From Lepidodermella squamata (Eukaryota; Animalia; Gastrotricha), in NCBI GenBank assembly GCA_047495785.1, contig JBLDXI010000002.1, positions 2,418,001 through 2,482,000 on the forward strand: 64,000 bases of DNA, in the 5' to 3' direction. The translations under genes were made by a program, and so were the position numbers. Within the stretch, counting starts at the first letter, position 1; each line of letters begins with the position of its first letter. The notes beneath the pieces are model-generated. The model saw nothing but the letters and a program-made list of their open reading frames with translations. It was not told where the DNA came from and did no database searches. Below, in pieces: positions 26,895-39,288 of the stretch.

Positions 26895-28206
26895 TTATGA
26901 AAACGTTTCACACAGAGAGTAAGCTTCTTCTTGTAAAGAGCAAGCGTCCCAGTAAAGACCTGGCTCAGCGCCGACCTCGAGCTGGGCAGATGGGTAATAA
27001 ATGAAGCGAGCAACGAAATCACGACCCGGATTTGAAGGCTCCACTGTTGGCACCGTTGGCGCCCATTGAGGGGTCACTCCTCGACCACTAGCCGGGTTCA
27101 CGTAACTCCAAGCTCTAGGATTGGCTGCATTTTTCACTCGATAACCAAACCAAACCCCAGCAACAGCGGCAGTCGCTGAAAAGCAAAAATTTGAATTTTG
27201 AATTGTTTTATTTTGAGGGGGAATTTACGATGCGAGGCGATGAGCTCTTTCGCCTCCTCAACTTCATCGTCATTATCGAACGAGGCTAATCGACCGTTAT
27301 TTTTAATGCAGGATTCATTCCGAGCCATCAACCAAGTTACGAGCCCGTCGACAATAAAGAATGATTTCTTGAAAAAAGTAGTCAGTACAATTTAAAAAAA
27401 ATCATTAAGGTGTCACCTCAGCATTTTTGCAGGTTGTGAGAGAATTGAAAGTGGTAATCGGCGGGGACTTGAAACAAAAGAACAGTAGGTAATTTGGCAA
27501 AAAAACGGCATTTCTTTACTTGAACTTCGCAGCCTTTACATTGTATTCGGCAGCTAACAATTCCGTTGAATTTGTTGAGACATCGGCGGAAGGTGCTCTG
27601 AATTTTTAAATTTTTAAATAGTTTCATATCAATTTTAAATTACCAACATTTTCGATAAATTCAGTACAATCTTCTTTGGTCGTAAATGTTCTCAATCCAA
27701 CGCTTGAGGTGATAAACCCACGACCAGCCGGGTGATCGATTGGTCGACACATGTCGTAGTCCATGCTGCCTTGAAAAATTGTAAAAATAGCAATAAACAA
27801 GTTCAAAATTCGGCCTACAGTAGAACTCTGGCGGCGATTGAGCATCGACACAAGGTAAGTATATCTAAAAATCCGCAAAATCAGCAAAAAATCAAAACGC
27901 TGAAGTAACTTACGAAATACCCCTCGCAATCTTCGTCCGATTCGAAATAACGATCGGGTAGCTATAGGAACAATTTTGCTGATCCAAATTCCGAAACCTG
28001 GTCCATAGACTCACCTGTGTCATAGGTAATTTGCATGAATCAGCCTCGTAGCAGTCAACGTAAAAAATCTGCTTGTTTGGGTTTCTCGGGCTGGGCCTGG
28101 AACCCCGGCATCTGACCCAATGACCATCGGCGACCCAAATAAATTGCAGAAAAAGCAGCAATATCGGCAGGAAAGGTCGCCTGATAGCACCTTGGGAAAA
28201 AGTCAT
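26895..28206 (-). CDS. Small secreted protein with Cys modules and one C-type lectin domain (multi-exon)
   Basis: Signal peptide MTFSQGAIRRPFLPILLLFLQFIWVADG. Cys modules HWVRC...DCYEADSC and RTFTTKEDC. CTLD: ARNESCIKNNGRLASFDN...EPSN...YWDACS...LCETFS*. Confidence 0.72.
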
Positions 28207-28368
28207 TTTTCTCACAAGGTAAAAAAAAATTGAATTTTCATTCATAAACGTCACGTACGAGCGTTTGAAGTCGCACGTGCCTGTAACAAATTCTGGACGC
28301 GCAATAAAAATTAAATTTTCTGGTATGAACTAGAAAAATATTTTATTCGATGTTTCAAACCATTTTTG

Positions 28369-31300
28369 TCACACATTTTCGAATCCAAAAATATCAAAAT
28401 CTGTTTGAAAATGTTTTTGCATAACTTTTCGAAGCAGATCACGTGGTACAGCATTCAGCACATTTCGCCGCTGAGATTCGACATAGCGATTATCAGGTAT
28501 AGGCATGACTGGTAGCTTTTTCCGGCCAGTAATACGGCGCAAGAAATAATTCAAGTCGCAGCTGATATTTTCCATGCGCCCGATGAAGTCGTAGTCGATT
28601 TGACAGTGGCGGCAAACGTTGAGAAGAGGACGCCAGTGCTGGTCCATTGCTTCAGTGGCGTTCTCTTCTGCCAGGTATTGTAAAAATTCATGGAAAGTTA
28701 CCGGCAAGCCGATATCCATCTCATCTTTGGTCGCATTTTGCCGATATTTCTTCATAATATACGAACCTAATGTCTGAAAATCCGCCGGAAAATCTCGAAT
28801 TATAAGAATGTTTCTTCGGAAAATTACCATGTAGGCAAAGGTGAAAATTCCGTCCGAGTTGATCGATCCTAATTTATCGTGCCATGCCGAAATGAGTCGA
28901 TCAACTGGATGCCTGATGAACGTGAACTTATTGTAGCTTTTCATGATGGATTTCGCAATAACTTCCGGGTAGGTTGTTAGACGTCGCTGCAGTGGCGATT
29001 CCGCATCCCAGTAGCGATGAACCTCGAATAGCTGCGTCAGATTGTATTGGTAAATTGGCCGGTCAGGATTCTTGGCTATGTGGAGCAAATAATTCCGAAC
29101 ATTTGTGGAACCCGTTTTCGGAGCTCTGGGGAAAAAAGATTCAAATAAATCCTATTAAATTGTTTGAAGTACTCACGAGCAATATAAAGCCTTGATTGAA
29201 TCGATTCCATAGAAAAGTTCCCACCATTTAGAACCATTACTATAGACAAAAATTAGCCAAAAATTCATGAAAATCTGGATAATTATTCCTTACAAGATAT
29301 TGACGAAACCGTCCCATTTCAATGGCTTTATTTTGCCGAGTTTGGCGCAAGATTTTTTCACACGATTTATCAACGCTCTACTTGCAGCTTCGATGTCGTC
29401 GTCCGGCTGTTAAAAAATTTGAAAAAAATCCGATTTGTTTGAGGAATTCAAGTTGCCTACCGGGCAACGAGGATCTCTTTCAGCCCAGTCGAACGCGGGT
29501 CATATGAAAGTTATATAATTTTCTGCGATTCCATCATATTACTAGTCACATGTGATTGCAATATAGGAAATGTCGTTCTTTGTAGCTAACTTTTGAAGAA
29601 AATGTCACATCGATGGTTATATAACCGGCATATGATCTTCATATGACGTTGACTCAGAAGCTCATTAGCATATGCAAATATTTAGAACCCAATTAGCAAT
29701 AATTAAAATTGTAATTACTCAGCCCCCTGAGGTCTCAGGCGCCGGTAACCATTGCAGATCCCCTCCAAACATTGTTTGAAAGAATCGAAAGACAAATGGG
29801 TCGAAGTTGACTTGTGTCGTCGGTTGGAGTCGAACCCGGGTCGCCTTGCCTTAGAGGTGGACGCGCTACCACTAGACCAGCTGGCCACTCTTATACCGTG
29901 ATGGTTAATAGGGGTATATAAGTTTCCAGTCGGTTTTTTCAATTTTTTGACTCGAGTGTGAAGGCAAGTAAGGTGGGTTTGTTTGCTCATAGAGCAGTTG
30001 GAGGCAGGTCCATGAACACCCATGTCACTCGGGGTACACACAGAGGGTGCCTTGTTCGCGATATCGGTCATTTTGTATACCTATGCTTTATTTTTATTTA
30101 TTTTTATTTTGAAAATGTTTCCTACTGTAGTTTTTCGTGTGGATTCTAATGGTGAAATCGGTTTCCACGTAGGACACATAGTCATTATGATATAGCCAAA
30201 TGAGGTATAGCCTATTTGTATCTGTACTGAAAAGCCAGCATTTGTATCTATTAAGTCAGGGTATTTTTAAGATTTCGTTTGGTGTTTACAAAATTATTTT
30301 TGGTGTTTACACATAAATACTTGCGAATTATAGCGAATATACTGAGCTTCCTGGCGGCTATCCTGGCATGCCCCGTATCCCGTTTCTCGACAGGAAAATT
30401 CGCGAACCTTTCCCTTTCTAACAAGTCAGACGTTTTTAACCTTAAATATTCTGCATTGCTTAGCATGGTCGAATACCGGAATTCTAACTTTTATTCCTTA
30501 GAAACTCATTTCAAGTACGCAAGATGTCGAAAAATATATTTTTCTATGAATTTTTAATTTTTGCTAGGGTCTGGCTACACCGGCCATTATAGGCGTGGAA
30601 TTTTCCTGGGCATGGTAACCTACTGCAAAACGGACCAAAATGACGCCTTTTTCAAGAGCTCCAATAGCTACAGTGAAAGTGGGATATAGTTTCAAGAATA
30701 TGAATATATTCCTGAGTTTTCATGAAACTAGGACATTCTTAGTTAACTGCCAAAAAACGCAGATAAATTTGAGCAGTTGGAAGTTGGAATAAGGTTACGA
30801 AAAATCAAAGATAATTTTTTCGGCTGTGTCTTTTTTCATCTTGCCAAAATCTTTTTTCATCTTGCCAAACATCTTTTTCTATCTAACCAAAATTTTGCTC
30901 TGGAAATTAATTTAATTGTTAAATCTAGTGTAAATTCGCAATAAATCTTTTTTCATCTTGCCAAATCTTTTTTCATCTTGCCAACGTCTTTTTTCATCTT
31001 GCCAACATGTTTATCAATATACCAAGTAAATTAAACACATGTTTAATCGGGCAATATTTCTTCCATGATTTCCTTTCAATCTAACTCCTCGGGAGATCTT
31101 CAGCGACCATTGGTAGTACGGCGGCCGCGGTCTAGGACTACGCTCCGCAACGCGACCATAACTGCTTCGAGCGGTACCGGGCGGCCGTCCTATCCTTGGT
31201 CGATTCGAAGTTCCTAAAGAACAGGCCTAAATCAACGGATGGGCTTGGCTTGAGGAACAGAATCGTTAGATTGATTTTTTCGATTACCCTAAGCGTACTG

Positions 31301-32426
31301 ACCACTTGGGTGGTAGGCTATTGAAGATTTCGTTGTGAGACGCGTGGCCGCAAAAAAAAACAACTGAAACACGCGGCAAGATGAAAAAAGATGTTGGCAA
31401 GATACGAAAAGATATTGGCAAGATGAAAACAGATTTTTCGTATTTTTCACGCGAGAAAATGCTGGTTAGATGTTAGATGAATAAAGATGGAAATTTTCGG
31501 TTAGATAGAAAAGATGTTTGGCAAGATGAAAAAAGATTTTGGCAAGATGAAAAAAGATTAACCCATTTTTTCGTAATTTTTTTGACATATAATTATCAAC
31601 TGTGAGGGATCGGAGTATTAATTAGCACCTTATTCATATAATATTATACTTATTCATATTTTCTTTACAACTATCAAAACTTAGTCTGTCCGAGTTGCAC
31701 TTGTATGGTATAGCGTGAGTAACAAGTTTATATCTGAACGGAGCCGGAGGCGAGTTGAGATGAGTAAATCGAGTACGGCGAGTTCAGATATAAACGATTT
31801 ACGAATGTTATGCCGTAAAAATTGGCCAAGCTGCTCGACCTATATTTTTGACGACAATTGTATATTTTTTATTTTTAGCTGACCCAAGCTGACCCAAGCT
31901 TGGAGTGAAAATAGTTCGGGCGGGTGTGAGAAATTTTTAGATTCCTGACCGTGCTAACTTTTAATTTTCACTATAGGATCCTAACCTAGGCCTACAGGAT
32001 TTAGACTTTGATGTATAACAATCATATTTCTGGCGTGTAACTAATGTCATGCTCACTTAGTACGAAAATCATATCAAAAGTATGCTGCAAATCACTGTGA
32101 CATGAAGGTAATATGAAAATGGCATTACGAAAAAGTTGCCACGTGGCCGGCATACGACATGTTATATGAAAATGGCATAACAAAAAAGTTGCCATGTGAC
32201 TGGAATATGACATTTATATAACTTCTTCGTTTCGAAATGTGACCCGCGTTCGACTGGGAGCCAATTCTGATTCAGTGAAATTCAGCTGTCCCACGGGGAA
32301 TCGTTTCCCTGGCGTGGGAAAATTCCAATAAGCGAACAGTGTTGCCAGGAGAGTTGTCCCAGCAGCGAGGCTTAATAGTATAAGCCAGCATTTTAACGAA
32401 ATTTTCCATTTCGTACTTCTAAACAT
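28369..32426 (-). CDS. Carbohydrate sulfotransferase (CHST8-14/HNK-1ST family, type II Golgi protein); exon 1 interrupted by a transposon
   Basis: N-terminal TM (MFRSTKWKISLKCWLILLSLAAGTTLLATLFAYW). The spliced 5'-PSB-like motif YCSAPKTGSTN, the 3'-PB motif FIRHPVDRLISAW and DQHWRP..C..C.IDYDFIGRMEN are all present; C-terminus DFDIFGF. Confidence 0.85.
29715..29888 (-). mobile_element. tRNA-derived SINE-like element / tRNA pseudogene nested in the transposon
   Basis: Pol III A box TGGTCTAGTGG (29879-29869) and B box GGTTCGACTCC (29836-29826) at tRNA-like spacing, but stems pair poorly; followed by a non-tRNA body. Downstream end is approximate. Confidence 0.6.
30829..31560. repeat. Inverted arrays of a ~20-21-bp unit (TCTTTTTTCATCTTGCCAA), likely a nested non-autonomous element
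   Basis: Unit repeated at 30829-31006; its reverse complement (TTGGCAAGATGAAAAAAGA) is repeated at 31375-31558. Confidence 0.8.
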
Positions 32427-33000
32427 GGGAATTTTTTATCTATACTACGCAGGAGCTCTTTCGAACTTGCACCATATAAGAATGACCTCGTTTTATGAAA
32501 GAAAGTGCCGACCTTTTAATCGTCAATAGAAGGCAGTAAATGGGTGTTTTCGTTATCCGTGCAGTTGCGTTATAGTATAGAGCTCATTCAATATAACGGA
32601 AAAATCATTTATTTTAAACCGTGAATTCTCAAAGTTAATAATGAGTTTCTTGCGTGGAAATGAGACATCATAATTTACATGCGATAAGTTATAGGTTCAA
32701 GTTATAAATAAGCATATAGCCGATTTTTTGACCACTCTTGCGCGCAACTTCTCAAATAAATAATTCCGCACTTGAAAGAATTCATGAGATTAAATTGGTG
32801 TAATGGAAATTTCAGCTGATTTTTAATCATTGATATCAGCTATATTTGAATATATTCATTTGAGAAGTCGTATTGAGTGATAAGCTAACATCTGATATAA
32901 GACAATAGTTAATTTTTCACCATATCGGCAAGTAAATGATATAATTCAATGAAAAAGTTTGCATAATTAGTGACATATCAGCCGCATCTCCGCCTTAATT

Positions 33001-33978
33001 TTATGCCTTCTTATTGACCCAAGCTGTCAGAAGCTCGACAGGCAACGGGAACACTATTGTCGAGTTCTTCTCGACGGCAATCTCGTGCAGCGTTTGAAGA
33101 TAGCGGAGTTGCAGGGCGCCGGACGATCCGGACAGCACTTCGGCGGCTTCCTTCAGCGCCTTCGAGGCCTTCTGCTCACCCTCAGCTGCAATAACCTTCG
33201 CACGGGCGTCTCGGTTGGCTTCAGCCTGAATAAAATTGAAAAATCAAATCGATTCAAGGTAACAATTCGAGGTCAAACCTCAGCAGCCATAGCTCGCTGC
33301 ATGCCGACTGGAAGTCTAACGTCCTTCAATTCAACTCGTTCGACCTTGACTCCCCAGTTGTCTGTAATAAATTTCATAATTTTCGTAATATTTTTAACCT
33401 AAATTCGACCTACTGGTGATATCATCCAGCATGGAGCCAATCATGTGTGACACGTGTTCACGGTCGGCCAGAATCTCGGCGAGGGTCTTGGTGCCGAGAA
33501 CAGTTCGCAGGGTTGTAGCTGCCAGCAGCGACGTCGATCGGTGGTAATCTTCGATATTGGTAATAGCGACGCAGGCGTCAGCAACTCGGTAGTAAATGAC
33601 GCCATCAACAGCAATTGTCAACGAGTCACGGGTCAAAATTTCCTGGGGAGGAATGTCCCAAGATTTCGTCCGCAAATCAACGCATCGGTATTTATCCATG
33701 CATGGTAAAATGAAGAAAAGACCCGGGCCTTTCGCGCCGCCAGGCAACAGGCGACCGAGGCGGAAGATGACGGCGCGTTCGTACTCCTGAACTACTTTGA
33801 TTGTGAAGAAAATAGCGATTGGGAAAGTCAGGATGAATATCGCGATTGAGATGAGGGCGACGCAAACTTCGCAGCAAGCTGTCGCGCAAGACCGCTTCGG
33901 CGCGGTGTTACTTCGAACGACTACGTGAGGAGTCGCCCCGGTTGCTTGTCCATTGGATCGCTCTTCCATCGGCATCAT
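33001..33978 (-). CDS. Stomatin / band-7 (SPFH) membrane protein, 3 exons
   Basis: [46 protein letters not shown]...VDLRT...[10 protein letters not shown]...; later exons [47 protein letters not shown]; stop at 33001. Confidence 0.95.
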
Positions 33979-35326
33979 CAGCTAGTGAACCTCAGTTCTA
34001 GTAACAAAGCCTAAATAATTAGCATAACTAATTTTTTTCAGTTGCGATTAACTCATAACTTCATGTATATAGAGGGCTAAGAATCGAATGCGAATTGAAT
34101 GATTGTAAAAAATATAATGAAATGAAGCAGCACGGTGAGCTGTATACCTGCATAAATAAAGAACGGCATGCTGATCGACGCAAAATTTTTATGGGCGCTG
34201 GGGGCAACGGCGATATCGATCGGCCCACAAGACTGATGGTTAGGTGGGGGCTGAGGCATGACGCTTGACAGCAAACAGCTATTGGCAAACTCAACCTACC
34301 TGACGTGATATTATTACGAATTCTCTGGTATTTTTTTTAGCTTATCACATGTTTTTCGTTACTAATGGCTAAAATAACATGCGCACTAGATTTATCGAGG
34401 TGCAGTGATTTCGAACTTTTCGTCTCCGATGTATCACCTTTGCATCGCTGAGACTGGTCAAGTTAAGAACCCCTAAAACGAGTGTTACTATTGGCAATGA
34501 AAACAAAAGGCAGGCCGATAAAGACAATCGAGTAAAAAAATGCTGAATATAAACGCTGGATAAATTATAAGCAGACAATGATTCAGCAAAAATTTGCCTA
34601 TTTTTGGTAATGTTGCAGTTCAAATTTAAGGCGGATTTAACATTTTTATCTAAGGCTGGTAATTTCCTCGAAGAAAATATATTTTGGCGATGAAATCGGG
34701 CAATATCTCCGGGGCAAATTGTTCCGGTGATGCTGCAAGCCGAATTACTAGAATAAAAAATGAGATAAATTTAGCTGGTTTAAACGACGGTAAAAACAAT
34801 TTTCTGCTGCGTACTTACCAATTTCTTATACGCGTAATTTCAAGCTTTTTTCATCGTAAACATAATCAAGTTCGAATTAGTCTTTTATACTTATACGCCC
34901 TCAACTTTTTTCCGTCGTAGGTTCGATTTTTTTCTTCATAAATCACGTTCTTCTTTATTATTACAGGTGCTCATCCTTTCAATACATCGTTTTTCCACAA
35001 CAAATGAAAAGATTATAGATTTTGAAGACGATTGAACAAAATGCGTCCCGACGATGATATTTCGATCGAGATTACAGATTGAGGATCAGGCAGAAGTATA
35101 TATATATCATGTCAACATGAATATAACAACTTTTATGGCTGCTTTGATTCGGCAACTAGAAGCGAAATCCGCTTGAACACAACACGCGCGAAATACAACA
35201 AAATAGAAGAAGAATTAATAACCTGTTATTCAGGTTAATCGTCTAGAAAGTGACATTTACAAAGACGTGTCTATATACGTTATAGATTCGAAGAGCTGTA
35301 CAAAATAGGCACGGCCTATGTCGGTT

Positions 35327-37904
35327 TCAAGGCAAAGGATTGTGAATGCCCCATGGGATGTGGTTGTCACGGTCCCAGCGACAAACCCTGCGGCCACAGC
35401 ATACAAGTGAAGGGTCCTTATTCACATTGTCGTAGTAAATGTCCCCACAGCATAGTTGGTAAGGATCGGGCCGGATTCTGAAAATCAACCGATAAATATT
35501 CATAAACTCTCGCAATCAATCCTTACCTAATCAATTGACCACCACAGCAGAAATGAACCTTGTCATCGAAGGGTTGGCCGTTGCAAAGTAAGGAATACTC
35601 GTAGCCGTAAGGGCTAGCGGGTAAGGGTCTTGCTTTCTCAACAGGCGGCCGTGACGGTTCGCCGTTGAATGTTGGAGCATCACGTGGTTGCAAATACTGG
35701 AAACGGTACGTAGCTGGTTGAGTCTCAACGCCGGCCGGGATGCTGATAGACGCACCCGGGATGCCTGGCCACGGGACACGGACTGATGCATTCGTTCGAC
35801 GCGCATCGCTGATTTGTTCGACGTTAGCCAGAACTGCGACTTGGCCGTTTGGTAGATGCGAAACCGGCCCAGTTGGTACTACGGCGCCGTAGTAGGCGTT
35901 CAAACGCGGCTGTTCGAACACCTTAACATTAGGATCTTCAACCTCGCGTTGTTGCTGTTGTTGTTGGTGGCGCAGGAAGCCGAATGGGAGAGCGTCGTTT
36001 TGAATGAACGATTCGCCGGCTGGTTGTAGCAGCTGGTGGTTGCTGGCATCTGCCCGTGGTACTAGGAACTTGTCACCCGTATTAGGATTTCGCTCCGCAT
36101 ATTGGCCGCGAGGGACCAAGACGTGGCCGTTCAAATGATGGCCGACCTGTCCCAACTTAGGGATTTCGGACTGAATTGTTAGCGGCAGTTGCGGGAAAGC
36201 GTCGTGCTGTTGCTGATGAATCTGAGGTTGTTTCACGTCCAATGATGGCCTGCCGTGTAAAGGCAGGAAAGAGCCGTGATTTCCCTGTTCATTCTTAGCC
36301 TGGTGATTATTGTCGCCAGCACCAGCTAGAAGTGATGGGTTTGCAAGGTTTTGCCAATATTTATGGGCCTGCGATTCGAAACTTTCAGTTGGCGGTAGAT
36401 ACAACAGAGACGGCTGGGGTAACGGGGCGCCATTCTTAAAAAAAAGAATCGAATTCATTAAGGATTTTTAGCAATTTAAGATTTCCTTACGAAGAAGACA
36501 ATGCCACTGCGACAGGTGTGAATCTTCGGCAAGAATAGAGCGGAGCCACAACACTGGCCATTTCGGTCGGAATTAGGGTAGTAGAGACCTCGGCAACAAA
36601 GACCGTCAAGCGCGCGATTTGAGTCATATGGAACGGTGCCACCACAGTACCGCGGTAGATTGATGTTATTCACAATTGTAACTGTTGCTGGTTGCAGTGG
36701 GATGATGTGATAGTCCTGGCAGCGGTAGTGATATATGTCGTACACATTCTTGCCACAGCAAGCCAAATTCGGATGAACCTGGATTTAAATACAAAAAAGT
36801 AGGATTAAGACTCTAAAATTGCGTGAAAAAAATAATAAAAAATTCCACCTTAAAATTAAAAAATTACGCATTTTTTCAACTAACATTTGCGTAGTAGACA
36901 TCGTCGCAACACAAGTATCGGCCGATTGAGTTGTTCGCGATGAAGACGTTACCGCAGCACGAGTCTTCAAGCGGGTTGTAAATGCGATCGCCGCAGTAGT
37001 CGAGCGGCTTCGGGCCGCCCTTGTCGATCGGGCGAACCGTGCAGTCCTTGTCGCAGGTTTGCGTCGCCGTGTTGTAGAACGAGTCGCAGCAGCACGCGTA
37101 GCTGGCCTTGTCTGGAACTGTGAAGAAGTTGCCGTTGCAGCATAGGGCCTGTGATGAGTTTTTAGGCAGAACGCTCGAGCCGCAGCAGTAGTCGGTCTGC
37201 GGGTTGTAGCCCTTGCCCTGGCAGAAGTCGGTCGGCACGAACGGCTGGAGGGGCGGGCGGCGCGGCACGACCTCGAGCGGCGGCGTGCACATATAGAAGC
37301 GCGTGTCGTAGGCGTTGATGCCGCAGCACGCGAGAACGCGCTCCGGATTAACAACCCAGCGCCCGTTGCAGCACAGCGAGTACTGGTCGGTTTTGTTGAC
37401 AACTTTCCGGTCGCCGTCGCCGCAGCAGCCGCAGCAGTACTGCGTGTTCGGGTCGTACATGTTCGCGCCGCAGTAGTAGTTGGTCGGCACTACGCGGTCG
37501 AGAACTTGCTGCCGAACATGCCCGAACGGCAACAGCCCGCCGGCATTTCCCGACAGCAAGAAAGTTTTCGAACTGAAAAAGCGAAATTAAACTCGAAATT
37601 AGACAAAAATCGTTAACTCACCCGTCGCAACCGAAAAGCCGCGTGTCGTAGAAGCCCGATTGGCAGCAGGCTTTGTGCAAGGAACCCGGTATGTTCGGGA
37701 AGTGGTAGCCGTTACAACACAAGTCGCTAGCATTCTGATGGAACGGAAATTTCCCGCAAAATGGCTGTGAGAAGCTAGGCAATGGCGCTAATAGTTGACC
37801 TAAAATAACGAAATGTTGTACAATTCAGAGTAAACAGCTGAAAATTTACCATGAACGACTGCGACGGCGAGGAGCAGGAGGACAGATATTTCTTTGTAAA
37901 TCAT
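35327..37904 (-). CDS. Secreted galaxin-like dicysteine-repeat protein with a Gln/Pro/His-rich linker
   Basis: Signal peptide MIYKEISVLLLLAVAVVHG (ATG 37904). Many CG..xY(N/D)P....CC(G/N) repeats across exons, a long low-complexity Cys-free block at ~35600-36430, then terminal CC repeats. TATA-like element ~37955. Confidence 0.8.
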
Positions 37905-39288
37905 TCTCGGCCTCCTATGAAAATGAAAAGGGGAGTGGCAAATGCGAGTCTTATTTATACGTTAGAAAGTGTTAATTTGCGCACTTCCTCGATTTTTAAT
38001 AAAATGTGAAGTTTAAATTCAGGACGCTTGAGTTATAATTGGCAGGTGAGGTTTTGCGACTTTGACGGGACGCGCGGCTAATTGCGGAGGTAATTAATTA
38101 GAGGAGTATATATTGACAAAGCAAATTAACACATCGAACGCAAATACACATCGGCGTGACAAAGAGCCGTTAGTTAGCAGGTTTATTATTTTTTAAGCAG
38201 GCTCGCAGCCGGCCTGGCTTGGAAGAGGGCTTATTGTTTGCGCGCATGGCGCAAAAGTCGAGCGGCGATAAAAATAAAAATAATTACCCACGTGAAAAGC
38301 AGGGAGGTTGAAGCGAATGTGACGGTTTTACTGCTTTGTTGCGGCGCTTGCCGAAATAACGGCGGTACCTCGTCAAAACCCGAGTTTTGTTCTGCGTTGT
38401 CGTGCGCGCACGCGCTCGCGCGAAGAGTCGCGGACGACGACGGTTGTCTGTTGCCTGCGCTATTTATTTATCACTCTTTTATTGCCCCCTTAACAAAACA
38501 ATTCAGCCATCGAGCTGCTGCTGCGGTACTTCTCACTATCGTGAGACTATTCACCGCACGTCTAAAAGTCGCTATAAGCCAAATAGTGGTGAGCGCAAAA
38601 ATTAATGCGCCTCATTGCTAATAATTTTGCGGCAAGTGCGCGCGCTTGCAACTCACCGGCGCGCTTGTGTTTATCTATTCACAATTAACAATCGCTATCA
38701 TAATTATACTATTATTATTATAATTTGGAAAATCTGCTCGCAAAAATAAGAAGCCTTTTATTAATTCATACCGTCGCTCGCATTCTCTCAAATTTCTTGG
38801 CGTCGTCCTCACGCGTCCATGGTAAAAAATCTAACAGCCTTCATCTCACTTTTGTTTGTCTATTGGCCACTTAACTCGATGCGCAACTTTCAAATTATTA
38901 CCGCTGATGCTGCTTTGTCTCAGGAAATGTACTGCACAGAGCGCGCGTAATTATCATTTGTCGGCTTTCATGTTACCTATTTGAATAAACATTTTTACAA
39001 CTTGTCGCGCTATTGCGATTATCATCATCTCATCAAAATTACACGCCAACATTTAATGAGAAAACACGCTGGGAAAAAGCGGCCCGCATAATATCAGGTG
39101 AAAAATATAAAAATGGAAAGACAAGGAAATTCTCAATTTCACGTTTTATTATGAAAAACTGATCTCTTTTCGGAGTCAATAATCGCCTACGTCGGAGATG
39201 GGTGACAGTATGAAAAAGCTATACAAATGAGGCGCAAAATACGAAAATGACTTAGTTTTTTCTACAATAATTATACACGATTTCAACG

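Larger units (their letters stand above)
29484..32258. mobile_element. Non-autonomous DNA transposon with 19-bp TIRs and 2-bp TSD (possibly CMC/EnSpm-like)
   Basis: Perfect TIRs CCCAGTCGAACGCGGGTCA (29484-29502) and TGACCCGCGTTCGACTGGG (32240-32258). AG is duplicated at 29482-3 and 32259-60. ~53-bp subterminal direct repeats at ~32111-32216. No transposase ORF seen. Confidence 0.85.

Noticed and set aside
29810-29888. Functional tRNA gene
   Set aside because: A and B boxes are present, but the acceptor, anticodon and T stems do not pair; treated as a SINE head or pseudogene.
30829-31560. CRISPR-like repeat array
   Set aside because: Eukaryotic context, units abut without unique spacers, the arrays are inverted, and there are no cas genes.
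32214-32426. Stand-alone 70-aa membrane protein
   Set aside because: It is sulfotransferase exon 1 reading into a transposon TIR.
36785-37402. 205-aa Ala/Arg/Thr-rich ORF
   Set aside because: Alternative frame of the GC3-rich galaxin-like exon.
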